Assembly (NCBI GenBank): GCA_002335385.1
Contig: DCVK01000021.1
Location: 137,635 to 201,634 of the forward strand
Direction of reading: 5' to 3'
Source of the DNA: Candidatus Aminicenantes bacterium UBA2190
GTDB taxonomy: Bacteria > Acidobacteriota > Aminicenantia > UBA2199
DNA length: 64,000 bases
This document shows positions 9,214 through 19,289 of the stretch, piece by piece; position 1 is the first letter of the stretch; each line of letters begins with the position of its first letter. A program made the translations under genes and the position numbers. Under the pieces are notes generated by a model. That model saw only the letters and a program-made list of their open reading frames with translations. It was not told the DNA's origin and made no database searches.

Positions 9214-9678
9214 ATGAAAGGCAACAAGAAGCTGATCCAAACCCTGAATGCGCTCCTGGCCGATGAATTGACGGCGGTCAACCAATACATGGTGCATTCG
9301 GAGATGAATGCCGACTGGGGCTATGAAAAGCTGCACCAGCATTTTGAAAAGCGGGCCATCGACGAAATGAAGCATGCCGAGAAGCTGATCGGCCGCATCC
9401 TTTTCCTGGAAGGACTGCCGGTCGTCACCACCCTGAAGAAGATCACCATCGGTGCGGATATCGCCAAACAGCTGGCCGCCGACCATGCCGCCGAGGCCGA
9501 GGCGATCGTGGCCTACAACCAGGCCATCAAGCTGGCCGGGGATCTGGCCGACTTCGCCACCCGCGAGATCCTGGAAAGGATTCTGAGCGAGGAGGACGGC
9601 CATATCGACAAGATCGAGGAGCTGCAGGATCAGATGGGGCACATGGGGGCGGCGATCTTCCTCACCACCCAGGTCTGA
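9214..9678 (+). CDS. bfr: bacterioferritin
   Basis: MKGNKKLIQTLNALLADELTAVNQY matches the Bfr N-terminus, including the heme-Met region. Ferritin-like diiron ligands are present. Strong RBS. Confidence 0.85.
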   Translation: MKGNKKLIQTLNALLADELTAVNQYMVHSEMNADWGYEKLHQHFEKRAIDEMKHAEKLIGRILFLEGLPVVTTLKKITIGADIAKQLAADHAAEAEAIVAYNQAIKLAGDLADFATREILERILSEEDGHIDKIEELQDQMGHMGAAIFLTTQV

Positions 9679-9695
9679 ACGCCGCGGCGCCCGGA

Positions 9696-10538
9696 TCAGG
9701 CTGGGCGCATGGCCCGCAGGCGGGCGACCCGCTCCTCAATGGGGGGATGGGTCGAGAACAGCGCCAGCAGGCTCTTGCCGCTCAGCGGCGAGACGATGAA
9801 CAGGTGGGCGGTCTGCCGCGTCGCCCGCAACGGCAGCCGCTTGGAGTATGCGGTCAGTTTTTCCAGGGCCGAGGCCAGTCCCTCGGGATCGCGGGTCAGC
9901 CGGGCGGCACCCTCGTCGGCCTTGTATTCCCGCGTGCGTGAAATGGCCATTTGGATGAGGCTGGCGGCCAGCGGCGCCAGGATGGCCATGGCCAGCAAGC
10001 CCAGGACGCCGCCGCGGTTGTCGTCGTCGCGGCCTCCGAAGAAGACGCCGAACCAGCGTGCCTGATAGGCCAGGAACATGATAGCGCCGGCCAAAGTGGC
10101 GGCCACGGTCTGCAGCAGCGTGTCGCGGTTGATCACGTGAGTCAGTTCATGGGCGATCACTCCCTTCAGCTCCGGTTCGTTCATCAGCTGCGTGATCCCG
10201 CGCGAGAGAGCGATGACCGCCTTGCTGGGATCGCGGCCGGTGGCGAAGGCGTTGGGGGAATCCTGCTCGAAGACATGGAGGGCAGGCATGGGCACCTGCG
10301 CCTGCTGGCAGAGCTCGCGCACCATGGCGTAGATGCGCGGAGATTCGCTCTCGCTCAGCTCGCCTGCCCGGTAGGCCTTGAGGACGATCTTGTCGGAGAA
10401 CCAGTAGGAGACGAAATTCATCACGCCGGCCAGGACCAGGGCGATCAGCATGCCCTGCTGGCCGCCGGCCATGCCGCCGATGAAAAGAAAAATGCCGGTC
10501 AAGGCTCCGAGCAGCGTCACGGTCTTCAATTTACTCAT
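9696..10538 (-). CDS. htpX: zinc metalloprotease HtpX (peptidase M48)
   Basis: HELTH zinc motif within HEXXH. N-terminal TM helices. Conserved ALSRG / FSTHPP segments. Confidence 0.9.
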   Translation of the reverse strand: MSKLKTVTLLGALTGIFLFIGGMAGGQQGMLIALVLAGVMNFVSYWFSDKIVLKAYRAGELSESESPRIYAMVRELCQQAQVPMPALHVFEQDSPNAFATGRDPSKAVIALSRGITQLMNEPELKGVIAHELTHVINRDTLLQTVAATLAGAIMFLAYQARWFGVFFGGRDDDNRGGVLGLLAMAILAPLAASLIQMAISRTREYKADEGAARLTRDPEGLASALEKLTAYSKRLPLRATRQTAHLFIVSPLSGKSLLALFSTHPPIEERVARLRAMRPA

Positions 10539-10896
10539 GCTTCGCCTCCTGTGGCTCCTGCACCAGCACGACCACCTTTTCGTTCTTCTTCATCAGCCAC
10601 AGGTCCTTCCGGGCCTTTTTCTCCAGGGCCAGGGGGTTTGCGCGCAGCTGCTCGATCTCGCGGACCAGCTGCGCTTTTTCCTTTTCCAGGGTGAAGATGG
10701 TCTGCCGCAGGGCCCTGATCTGCTGTTTCGTTTTGATGATTTCCACGATGCCGCGGTCGCCGAAAACGAACGCCAGCACCAGGATGAACAGGAAGAAGGC
10801 CAGCAGCAGGGGGAGGCCGCGGGACTGCAGCAGCGAGCTCTCCTTTTTCTTGCTGGCGCCGTCCTCTCGTTGTCGGAGCTGGCGGGTTGCGGGCAT
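10531..10896 (-). CDS. septum-formation initiator (FtsB/DivIC-like) coiled-coil membrane protein
   Basis: Single TM helix followed by a leucine-zipper-like coiled coil. Overlaps htpX by 8 nt. Confidence 0.55.
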   Translation of the reverse strand: MPATRQLRQREDGASKKKESSLLQSRGLPLLLAFFLFILVLAFVFGDRGIVEIIKTKQQIRALRQTIFTLEKEKAQLVREIEQLRANPLALEKKARKDLWLMKKNEKVVVLVQEPQEAKHE

Positions 10897-11020
10897 GGGG
10901 ACAAAATATCACAAATCATCCCGGGGCGCAATCGCCTGCCGCCGCCTGGGAGCCGGCGACGGGCGGCCCCCAGGCGCGAACGGAGGTCGCAAGCGGATCG
11001 GGATGCAACCCCAGTGGAAA

Positions 11021-11049
11021 TTGACAACCAGACAATATTGGGTTAAAAT
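11021..11049 (+). promoter_or_regulatory. sigma70 consensus promoter, TTGACA-N17-TAAAAT, upstream of grpE-dnaK-dnaJ
   Basis: Perfect -35 with 17-nt spacer. No CIRCE inverted repeat seen. Confidence 0.4.
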
Positions 11050-11147
11050 TTTTTTATGCAGGCAATCACCCGGGATCGGGTGCTCCCCGGGGTCGCGGCC
11101 CATTTTCGCGCGCGGCGGCCAGGCCCGGAGGGAACAGCGAGGAGCAA

Positions 11148-11792
11148 ATGACTTCGGACGAGGACAAGGAAGGCGTCGGCTACGTTCCGGACGAGAGCGA
11201 TCTGGACGAGGAAGAAGCGAAGGTCCCGGAGAAAAACCTCCAGGAAGAAGCCGGCCATAAGAAAAAAAGCATGTCCAGGCGTGCCCACCACCGGGCCGTT
11301 GATCCGGAAGCGCTGCTGCGCAGCACCGCCGCCGAACGTGATGAATTCAAGGACAAGTACCTGCGCGGCCTTGCCGAAATGGACAACTTCCGCAAGCGGA
11401 TGAAAAAGGAGCGGGATGAGTTCCAGAAATACGTCCTGTCGGAGGTCCTGCTCGACCTGCTGCAGATCTACGACAACCTGGAGCGGGCGCTGAGAGCCAA
11501 AACCGCGGAGCAGGACAAGGGGATCGTTTCCGGCGTGGAGATCATCCGCAAGCAGTTCCTGGAGCTGCTGAAGAAATACCAGGTGCTCGAGATCGATGCC
11601 CTGGGTCAGCATTTCGACCCCGCTTTTCACGAAGCCCTGAGCAAGGAGGAGCGGGAGGGCATCAGCCGGGCGGTGGTGGTGGAGGTGTACCAGAAAGGGT
11701 TCACTTATCACGACAAGCTGCTGCGCCCGGCCTTGACCAAGGTGGCCATCCCCGTCGCCGCCCCGGCAGTGGAAAACGAGCCTGAACCCTGA
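11148..11792 (+). CDS. grpE: nucleotide exchange factor GrpE
   Basis: GrpE signature region LRGLAEMDNFRKR...ILDLL...VVEVYQKGF. Confidence 0.9.
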   Translation: MTSDEDKEGVGYVPDESDLDEEEAKVPEKNLQEEAGHKKKSMSRRAHHRAVDPEALLRSTAAERDEFKDKYLRGLAEMDNFRKRMKKERDEFQKYVLSEVLLDLLQIYDNLERALRAKTAEQDKGIVSGVEIIRKQFLELLKKYQVLEIDALGQHFDPAFHEALSKEEREGISRAVVVEVYQKGFTYHDKLLRPALTKVAIPVAAPAVENEPEP

Positions 11793-13606
11793 TGGCCAAG
11801 AACATCGGCATCGACCTGGGCACGACCAACTCCTGCATCAGCTACCTGGAGGGGCGGGATGCCCTGATCGTCCCCAACCCGGAGGGGGCCAGGGTCATCC
11901 CGACCGTCATCGCCCAGACGCCGGAAAAGAAACGCATCTTCGGCAACGCCGCCAAGCGGCAGATGATTACCAACAGCAAGAACACCATCTGGGGGATCAA
12001 GCGCCTCATCGGCCGCAAGTTCGACAGCCCGGAGGTCAAGGAAATCTCCCGCCGCGTGGGCTATGAGATCGTACAGGCGGCCAACGGCGACATCAAGGTC
12101 AAGCTGGCCGACCAGATGTACTCCAGCGAAGAGATCTCCGGCATGTACCTGGGCTACCTGAAGGGCATCGCCGAGAACTACCTCGGCGAGCCCGTCTCCG
12201 ACACCGTCATCACTGTGCCCGCCTTCTTCAACGACGCCCAGCGCCAGGCCACCAAGGTGGCCGGTGAGATCGCCGGTCTGAACGTCACGCGCATCATCAA
12301 CGAGCCGACGGCGGCTTTGATCGCCTACCGGCAGAAGATCAAAAAGAACGGCCTGTACGCGGTCTATGACCTCGGGGGCGGGACGTTCGACATCTCCATC
12401 GTCGAGGTCAACGGCGACATCTACAAGGTCGTCTCCAGCCTGGGCGACACCTTCCTGGGCGGCAGCGATTTCGACGCCCAGATCTGCGACTGGATCTTCC
12501 ACGAGGTCGAACGCGAAACCACGGTCGACCTGCGGGACAGGAAGGATGTCGTGCAGCGGGTGATCCAGGTGGCGGAAAAGGCCAAGATCGAGCTCTCTTT
12601 CGACCAGGAGACCCTGATATCGATCCCCTACCTGCATCATTTCAGCGACGGCTCCAATTACCATTTCCAGAAGAAGCTGACCCGCTCCCACCTGGAGTCC
12701 AGCACCGTGGATTTCATCGACCGCACGCTGGAGCTGATCCGGAAGTCGCTGGACGACATCCATATCCAGCCCGATAAAATCGAGCGTGTCGTCCTGGTCG
12801 GCGGACAAAGCCGCATGCCGCTCATTTTCCGGAAACTGAACGATTTCTTCGGCCAGCCGCCCGATATCCAGATCAACCCCGAGGAGGCGGTGGCCCAGGG
12901 AGCGGCGCTGCAGGCCGAGATCATCAAGGGCAAGGTGCGCGACCTGCTGCTGCTGGACGTCACCCCCCTCTCGCTGGGCGTGGAGACCAAGGGCGACAGC
13001 TTCACCAGGGTCATCGAGCGCAACTCCACCATTCCCACGAAAAAATCGATGATCTTCACCACCATCAGCGACAACCAGACGACGGTCAAGATCCATGTGT
13101 TGCAAGGGGAGCGCTCGACGGCCTCGGGCAACAAGTCGCTCGGCTTTTTCAACCTGGTCGGCATCCCCCAATCCCTGAAGGGCATCCCGCAGATCGACGT
13201 CACGTTCGAGATCGACGCCAACGGCATCGTCCGCGTCTCGGCCCAGGATAAGACGACCGGCCTCAGCCAGAGCATGAAGATCCAGCCGTCGAGCGGCCTG
13301 TCCCCCGAGGAGATCGAGCACGTCATCCAGGACGCCAAGAAGTATGAGGAGCAGGACAAGACGGAGCTGCGTCTGGCCAAGGCCAAGCTGCAGCTGCAGG
13401 AGGAACTGGAGACCGTCAAGTTCTATTACCAGCGCTACATAGAAAAGCTGAACGCCCATGACGGAGCCGAGATCGATTCGCTGATCGGCCGTTGCGAAAA
13501 AGCCCTGGAGGGCCATGACGTGGACCTGCTGGAGGGACTGCTGAAAAAAATGAAGAATTACCGAACAATGATCAACACCATACTGACCGCCGAATTCTCC
13601 AAATAA
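11792..13606 (+). CDS. dnaK: Hsp70 chaperone DnaK (short C-terminus)
   Basis: [19 protein letters not shown], and EPTAA motifs. Sits between grpE and dnaJ. Confidence 0.9.
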   Translation: MAKNIGIDLGTTNSCISYLEGRDALIVPNPEGARVIPTVIAQTPEKKRIFGNAAKRQMITNSKNTIWGIKRLIGRKFDSPEVKEISRRVGYEIVQAANGDIKVKLADQMYSSEEISGMYLGYLKGIAENYLGEPVSDTVITVPAFFNDAQRQATKVAGEIAGLNVTRIINEPTAALIAYRQKIKKNGLYAVYDLGGGTFDISIVEVNGDIYKVVSSLGDTFLGGSDFDAQICDWIFHEVERETTVDLRDRKDVVQRVIQVAEKAKIELSFDQETLISIPYLHHFSDGSNYHFQKKLTRSHLESSTVDFIDRTLELIRKSLDDIHIQPDKIERVVLVGGQSRMPLIFRKLNDFFGQPPDIQINPEEAVAQGAALQAEIIKGKVRDLLLLDVTPLSLGVETKGDSFTRVIERNSTIPTKKSMIFTTISDNQTTVKIHVLQGERSTASGNKSLGFFNLVGIPQSLKGIPQIDVTFEIDANGIVRVSAQDKTTGLSQSMKIQPSSGLSPEEIEHVIQDAKKYEEQDKTELRLAKAKLQLQEELETVKFYYQRYIEKLNAHDGAEIDSLIGRCEKALEGHDVDLLEGLLKKMKNYRTMINTILTAEFSK

Positions 13607-13611
13607 CCGCC

Positions 13612-14715
13612 ATGGCCAAGAAGGACTATTATCAAGTACTGGGCGTCGCCCGCGGCGCCGGCGCCGAGGAGATCAAGAAGGCCTACCGCAAGCTGGCCCT
13701 GCAGCACCACCCCGACCGCAACGGCAACAACCCCGAGGCCGAGGAAAAGTTCAAGGAAGCCTCCGAAGCCTATTCGGTCCTGGGCAACAGCGAGAAAAGG
13801 CAAATCTACGACCAGTACGGCGCCGAAGGCCTGCGCGCCGGCGGCGGTTCCGATTTCGGCTTCTTCGCCGATTCCATCTTCTCCGATTTCGGCGATATCC
13901 TCGGCGACATGTTCGGCTTCGGCGGCTCAGTCTCCGGCAGCCGGCAGCGCCGGGGCCCGCGCAAGGGGAGCGACCTGGGGCTGGAGGTGGCGCTGACCCT
14001 GGAGGAGTCCTTTCTCGGCGTCGAGAAGGAGATCGAGGTGGAGAGCGAACGCAATTGCGACGCCTGCGACGGCTCGGGTAGCGAGGCGGGACATGATCCC
14101 GAGACCTGCCGCAAGTGCGGCGGCGGCGGCAGCGTCCGCGTCAGCCAGGGTTTCTTCTCCATGGCCACCACCTGTTCCAGCTGCCGGGGCAGCGGCAAGG
14201 TCGTGACCCATCCCTGCCGCAAGTGCCACGGCCACGGGCGGCGGCGCGAGAGCAAGAAGATCAAGGTCACCTTCCCGGCCGGGATCGACGAGGGCAACCG
14301 CCTGCGCGTCACCGGCGAGGGCGAGGGCGGCCGTCAGGGAGGCTCTCCCGGCGACCTGTACGTCATGGTGCGCATCAAGCCCGACAAGCGCTTCCAGCGC
14401 CACGGGCAGGACCTGATGCTGGCGCTGCCCATCAGCTTTTCCCAGGCGGCGCTCGGCGACCAGGTCGCCATCCAGACTTTCGAGGGCACGGAGAAGATCA
14501 AGATCCCGCCGGCGACCCAGAACGGCCAGATCCTGAAGATCAAGAACAAGGGGTTCCACCCGGTCAATCGCTGGAACCGCGGCGACCTGCTGGTGCAGGT
14601 TCAGGTGCAGACGCCCCGCCAGCTTACCCGCCAGGAAACCGAGCTGTTCAAAAAACTGCGCGAGATCGAAGTCGGGAAAGGGCAGGCCCTGCTCGAGAAC
14701 GACCTGGTCAATTGA
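13612..14715 (+). CDS. dnaJ: co-chaperone DnaJ
   Basis: J-domain HPD, G/F-rich region, and four CxxCxGxG zinc-finger repeats. Confidence 0.9.
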   Translation: MAKKDYYQVLGVARGAGAEEIKKAYRKLALQHHPDRNGNNPEAEEKFKEASEAYSVLGNSEKRQIYDQYGAEGLRAGGGSDFGFFADSIFSDFGDILGDMFGFGGSVSGSRQRRGPRKGSDLGLEVALTLEESFLGVEKEIEVESERNCDACDGSGSEAGHDPETCRKCGGGGSVRVSQGFFSMATTCSSCRGSGKVVTHPCRKCHGHGRRRESKKIKVTFPAGIDEGNRLRVTGEGEGGRQGGSPGDLYVMVRIKPDKRFQRHGQDLMLALPISFSQAALGDQVAIQTFEGTEKIKIPPATQNGQILKIKNKGFHPVNRWNRGDLLVQVQVQTPRQLTRQETELFKKLREIEVGKGQALLENDLVN

Positions 14716-15410
14716 TGGCGGAACGGCGCTTTTTTTCCCCTCACGAGACCGTCCAGGGCCAGGTCTGCATCGACGGCGACGAGTTCCATCATATCGTCCA
14801 TGTCATGCGCTGCCGCGCGGGCGACGAGCTGGAGATCGTCAACGGGCGCGGGCGCCTGGCGCGCGGCCGCATCGCCGTTGTCACGGGCCGCGCGCTGCGC
14901 GTCGATATCCAGCATGCCGAGGAGTTTCCCCGTCCGGCGCCGCGGGTATTCATCGCCCCGTCGCTGACCAAGGGGCATGCCATGAACTGGCTGATCGAGA
15001 AGCTGTGCGAGATGGGGGTCGATGAAGTGCGGCCGCTGCTGTGCCAGCGCACCGATGTCGCCTGGAGCCCGTCGCAGCTGCGGCGCTGGGAAAAGATGGC
15101 CTCCCAGGCCCTGAAAGTCAACCGCCGCTACTGGCTGACGCGCATCCTGCCGCCCGTCTCCCCGGCGGCTCTCATCGCTGACTGCGCGGGGCTGCCGGCG
15201 AAGATACTGCTCGACATCGCCGGCACGCACCGGCTGGAGCGCCCCGCCGCCTATCCGGTCCTGGCCGCCGTCGGTCCGCCCGGCGACTTCAGCGAAGCCG
15301 AGAAGGAATTGTTCCTTGCCGGCGGTTTCCTGCCGGTCCTGGTCAACGATGCCATACTGAAGACCGAGACCGCGGCGCTCGCGGTCGCCGCCATCTTGAA
15401 AAATGATTGA
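14715..15410 (+). CDS. rsmE: 16S rRNA (uracil1498-N3)-methyltransferase RsmE family
   Basis: Overlaps the dnaJ stop (ATTGATGG). PUA-like N-terminus and SPOUT C-terminus (ALAVAAIL). The ORF track's 431-aa frame runs on from 14115 through dnaJ; the real start is the internal ATG 14715. Confidence 0.75.
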   Translation: MAERRFFSPHETVQGQVCIDGDEFHHIVHVMRCRAGDELEIVNGRGRLARGRIAVVTGRALRVDIQHAEEFPRPAPRVFIAPSLTKGHAMNWLIEKLCEMGVDEVRPLLCQRTDVAWSPSQLRRWEKMASQALKVNRRYWLTRILPPVSPAALIADCAGLPAKILLDIAGTHRLERPAAYPVLAAVGPPGDFSEAEKELFLAGGFLPVLVNDAILKTETAALAVAAILKND

Positions 15411-16347
15411 GCTGAAGGGGCAGATCGGCAAATACCGGATCCTAAGAAAGCTGGGCAGCGGCGGCTTCGGCACCGTCTACCTGGCCGAGGACACCATCCT
15501 CAAGTGCCAGCGGGCGCTGAAGATCCCCCATCGCACCAGCGCCCAGGCCGACAAGATGCTGCAGGAGTCGGTGCTGCAGACAAGGCTCCTCGACCACCCG
15601 CACATCGTCAAGCTGCTGACCGTCGATATCATCGACAACATCCTGATCATGGTCATGGAATACATCGAAGGCACCGACCTGGAGAAGATCCTGGACCAGT
15701 CCAGCTCCCTGCAGATCAAGTCGGCGCTGAAGTACTTCAAGCAGATCCTCTCGGCGCTGGCCTTTGCCCACCAGAAATCGGTGATCCACCGCGACATCCG
15801 CCCCTCCAATATCCTGATCAACCTGGACGACGACGTCAAGATCGCCGATTTCGGCACGTCGACGCTGCTGCAGGAAAAGCAGTTTGCCACCACCAAGATC
15901 GGTTCGCCGCCCTACATGGCCCCGGAGCAGTTCGAGGGCAAGGCTGTCTTCGCTTCGGACATCTATTCGGCGGGCAGCCTTTTCTACGAGATGGCGACGG
16001 GTTTCCCGCCCATCGTCCTGGCCAATCCCATGGAGATATACAAACGGGCCAAGGTCGGGCAGTTCACGCCGCTTTCCCAGAAGAACTCGCTGGTGGCCCC
16101 GGAGCTGAACCGGGTGATCATGAAGACCATGGCCCCCGACCTCAAGGATCGCTATGCCCATGCGCTCGACGTGCTGAACGACCTGGAGCACATGTCCGAC
16201 CGCAACCGGGATTATTCCAGCGAGATGAAGGACATCCAGAAGCGCATCCAGGCGCGCGAGAGCCGCACCGACTTTGTCTGCTGGAATTGCCGCAAGGCCA
16301 TGGGCCGGCGCGTCAAGACCTGCCCCTACTGCGGCGAGGAGCAATAG
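15403..16347 (+). CDS. Hanks-type Ser/Thr protein kinase with C-terminal zinc ribbon
   Basis: GSGGFGTVY...K (ATP site), HRDIRPSNIL, DFG, and APE motifs. C-terminal CWNC...CPYC. Confidence 0.85.
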   Translation: MIELKGQIGKYRILRKLGSGGFGTVYLAEDTILKCQRALKIPHRTSAQADKMLQESVLQTRLLDHPHIVKLLTVDIIDNILIMVMEYIEGTDLEKILDQSSSLQIKSALKYFKQILSALAFAHQKSVIHRDIRPSNILINLDDDVKIADFGTSTLLQEKQFATTKIGSPPYMAPEQFEGKAVFASDIYSAGSLFYEMATGFPPIVLANPMEIYKRAKVGQFTPLSQKNSLVAPELNRVIMKTMAPDLKDRYAHALDVLNDLEHMSDRNRDYSSEMKDIQKRIQARESRTDFVCWNCRKAMGRRVKTCPYCGEEQ

Positions 16348-16419
16348 CCGCTTTTTCTTCCCGCTGCGCGCTCTTGATTTATCGGATTGTTGCGGGGATA
16401 ATGTGGAGAGGAGCCCCCC

Positions 16420-17712
16420 ATGAAACGAGAAGAATTGTTCAAAAAGATCAGCATCGAGAACGACAGAAAAATGCTGCTGCTGGTGCTCGACGGCCTGGGC
16501 GGCCTGCCACGCGACGGCCGCACCGAGCTGGAGACGGCCCGCACGCCGAACCTCGACCTGCTGGCCGCCGAGAGCGAACTCGGGCTCAGCCACCCCATCG
16601 CCCCGGGCATCACTCCGGGAAGCGGACCGGCCCATCTGTCGCTCTTCGGCTACGACCCGCTGAAGTACGAGATCGGCCGCGGCATCCTTGAGGCGCTGGG
16701 GGTGGGCATCGAGGTCAACGCCCGCTCCGTCGCCGTGCGCGGCAATTTCGCCACCCTGGAGAACGGGCGCATCAGCGACCGCCGCGCCGGCCGCATCCCC
16801 ACGGAAAAGAACCGCGAGCTCGTCGCCTTCCTGGGCGAACGCATCCAGAAGATCGAGGATGTCGAGGTCCGGCTCTACTCGGGAGAGGAGCATCGCTTCG
16901 TCCTGGTGCTGACCGGCGACGGCCTGGACGACCGGCTGACCGATGCCGATCCCGAAGCCGTCGGACTGCCGGTCAGGTATGCCGAGGCCAAGGATGACGC
17001 GGCCGTCCGGACGGCGCGCATCGTCAACCGGTTCATCGACCGCCTGGGCGCAGAACTGGCCGGTCAGCTCCCGGCCAATACCTGCCTGCTGCGCGGCTTC
17101 GCCAGGTATCCGGTCATCCCGTCCATGAACGACCTGTTCAGGCTGAAGGCGGCGGCCATCGCCGTCTATCCGATGTACAAGGGGCTGGCCCGGCTGGTGG
17201 GCATGGACGTGCTCGCGACCGGCCGTTCCATCCAGGACCAGGTGGCGACGCTCCAGCAGCAGTACGCCGACTACGATTTCTTTTTCGTGCACGTCAAAAA
17301 GACCGACTCCTGGGGCGAGGACGGCGACTTCGCCCGCAAGGTCGAGGTGATCGAGGAGTTCGACCGCTGGCTTCCCGCGATCCTCGAGCTCACCCCCGAC
17401 GTCCTGGTCGTCACCGGCGACCACTCCACCCCGGCCCTGATGAAGGGCCACTCCTGGCATCCCAGCCCGGTGCTGCTCAAGTCGCCTTTCCAGCGGCGGA
17501 TGCCCGCCCGCGCCGAAATGGTGGATGCTTTCGCCTGCGGCACGCCCGACGGCGCGGACGGACAGGCTTGCGGCAAGGTCACCGTGAATGCGCTGGCGGA
17601 CAAGTTCGGCGAAACGGCCTGCGCCCGGGGCGTCCTGGGCAACTTCAACGCCATGGACGTTCTGCCGCTGATGATGGCCAACGCCCTGAAATTCAAGAAA
17701 TTCGGAGCCTGA
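16420..17712 (+). CDS. cofactor-independent phosphoglycerate mutase, archaeal-type (ApgM-like metalloenzyme)
   Basis: LLLVLDGLGG phosphopentomutase / alkaline-phosphatase-superfamily N-terminus. About 430 aa. Confidence 0.7.
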   Translation: MKREELFKKISIENDRKMLLLVLDGLGGLPRDGRTELETARTPNLDLLAAESELGLSHPIAPGITPGSGPAHLSLFGYDPLKYEIGRGILEALGVGIEVNARSVAVRGNFATLENGRISDRRAGRIPTEKNRELVAFLGERIQKIEDVEVRLYSGEEHRFVLVLTGDGLDDRLTDADPEAVGLPVRYAEAKDDAAVRTARIVNRFIDRLGAELAGQLPANTCLLRGFARYPVIPSMNDLFRLKAAAIAVYPMYKGLARLVGMDVLATGRSIQDQVATLQQQYADYDFFFVHVKKTDSWGEDGDFARKVEVIEEFDRWLPAILELTPDVLVVTGDHSTPALMKGHSWHPSPVLLKSPFQRRMPARAEMVDAFACGTPDGADGQACGKVTVNALADKFGETACARGVLGNFNAMDVLPLMMANALKFKKFGA

Positions 17713-17716
17713 CGCC

Positions 17717-18331
17717 ATGCCCTACCTGAGCCTTGATGTCGGCGCACTGGAGACCAACTGCTACCTGTTCTACGATGAGGCCGGCCGGGATTGCCTGGTC
17801 ATCGATCCCGGCGCCGAGGCGGACAGGATCATGGCGCTGATCGATCAGAACAAACTCCTGCCGCGGGCGATCGTCCTGACCCACGGCCATCCCGACCATG
17901 CCGGCGCCGTTGCGTCCCTGATGGCCCGTTACCGCATCCCGCTCTGGCTGCACGCCGCCGATGAGGAGGCGATGCGTTCCGCGGCCGGTCTCGGCCTGGC
18001 CGCCATGTTCGGCGTCGGACCGCTCCCCGCTGTGGAGCGCCTGCTGCGGGACGGCGACACCCTGGTCTGTGGGAGACTGGAGCTGAAGGTCATCCACAGC
18101 CCGGGCCATTCCCCCGGGTCCGTCCTGCTTCATGGACAGGGGCTGCTTTTTTCCGGCGACACGCTTTTCCGCGGCGATGTGGGGCGCAGCGATCTTCCCG
18201 GCGGCGACGAGGAGGAACTGCGGCGTTCCCTGGCCATGATCAGGGAACTGCCGCCGGAAACGATCGTTTTGCCAGGCCATGGCCCGGCCAGCGTCCTGGA
18301 GCTGGAACTGAAGGACAACCCCTACCTGTGA
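17717..18331 (+). CDS. MBL-fold metallo-hydrolase
   Basis: THGHPDHAG metal-binding motif plus downstream His/Asp ligands. Confidence 0.8.
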   Translation: MPYLSLDVGALETNCYLFYDEAGRDCLVIDPGAEADRIMALIDQNKLLPRAIVLTHGHPDHAGAVASLMARYRIPLWLHAADEEAMRSAAGLGLAAMFGVGPLPAVERLLRDGDTLVCGRLELKVIHSPGHSPGSVLLHGQGLLFSGDTLFRGDVGRSDLPGGDEEELRRSLAMIRELPPETIVLPGHGPASVLELELKDNPYL

Positions 18332-19254
18332 ACATGGCCGGCCCGTCTTCCCCGCGATCGCCACTTGAGCAGTTCCTGCAGTACGCCGAGTTCGAAAAAG
18401 GGTTCGCGACCAACACCATCCTTTCCTATCGCCGCCAGCTTGAGAAGTTCTTCGCCTTCCTGAAGGGGCGGCGGCAGGATTGCCTGCTCCTGGACGAGAT
18501 GGATATCCTCGATTTCATCCGTAGCGCGGGGGGCAAGGGCGGCAGCGCCTCCTCGCAGGCCCACCTGATCTCGGTGCTGAAGAGCTTCTACCGCTTCCTG
18601 CTGCACGACGACCTGATCGCAGCGAGCCCGGTGGCCGCCGTCGCCCTGCCCAAAAAATGGGCCCGGCTGCCAAAGTACCTGTCGCTGGAGGAGGTGACGC
18701 GCCTGCTGGAGTCGCCCGACGCCGCCACGGTCCTCGGTTGCCGGGACAAGGCCGTCCTGGAGCTGATGTATGCCACCGGCCTGCGCGTATCCGAGGTGGC
18801 CCATCTGAAAGCGGCCGATGTCTACCTCGGCGAAGGTTTTCTGCGCGTGCGCGGCAAGGGCGGGAAGGAACGGGTCGTGCCTTTCAGCGATGTTTCCCGC
18901 GATTGCCTGAAGGCCTACCTCGACTCCAGCCGGCCCGCCCTGGCCGGCGCCGGCGATCCTGGAACGCTTTTCGTCAATTACGGCGGCGGGGCGTTCAGCC
19001 GCCAGGGCCTGTGGAAGATGATCAAGGGCTACGGGGAAAAGGTCGGCCTCGCCGCCCGTCTGACCCCGCACGTGCTGCGCCACTCGTTCGCCACCCACCT
19101 GGTGGAAAAGGGGGCCGACCTGCGCTCGGTGCAGATGCTGCTCGGCCACTCGTCGATCACCACCACCGAGATCTACACCCACCTGGCCAAGGACCAGTTG
19201 AAGCGTATCTACGACCAGTTCCATCCGCGCGGGAAAAAAGGCAAGGGGGAGTAG
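18328..19254 (+). CDS. xerD: tyrosine site-specific recombinase XerD/XerC
   Basis: N-terminal SAM-like domain. C-terminal catalytic RHSFATHL...LLGHSSITTTEIYTH with the R-H-R-Y residues. Confidence 0.85.
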   Translation: MNMAGPSSPRSPLEQFLQYAEFEKGFATNTILSYRRQLEKFFAFLKGRRQDCLLLDEMDILDFIRSAGGKGGSASSQAHLISVLKSFYRFLLHDDLIAASPVAAVALPKKWARLPKYLSLEEVTRLLESPDAATVLGCRDKAVLELMYATGLRVSEVAHLKAADVYLGEGFLRVRGKGGKERVVPFSDVSRDCLKAYLDSSRPALAGAGDPGTLFVNYGGGAFSRQGLWKMIKGYGEKVGLAARLTPHVLRHSFATHLVEKGADLRSVQMLLGHSSITTTEIYTHLAKDQLKRIYDQFHPRGKKGKGE

Positions 19255-19289
19255 GGGAAAAGGGGAGCCGGGCTCCCCTGCGGGTAACG

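Noticed and set aside
10900-11150. CIRCE / HrcA operator upstream of grpE-dnaK
   Set aside because: No TTAGCACTC-N9-GAGTGCTAA-like inverted repeat found. Only a consensus sigma70 promoter is evident.
15442-17718. Very long antisense/off-frame ORFs (758 aa at 15442-17718; 834 aa at 22712-25216; 1007 aa at 47143-50166; 902 aa at 18657-21365; and many 100-400-aa Arg/Ala/Gly-rich ORFs)
   Set aside because: Stop-codon-poor off-frames are expected at ~65% GC. The translations are low-complexity (R/A/G/P/D-rich), lack RBS, and overlap well-supported genes on the other strand or frame.
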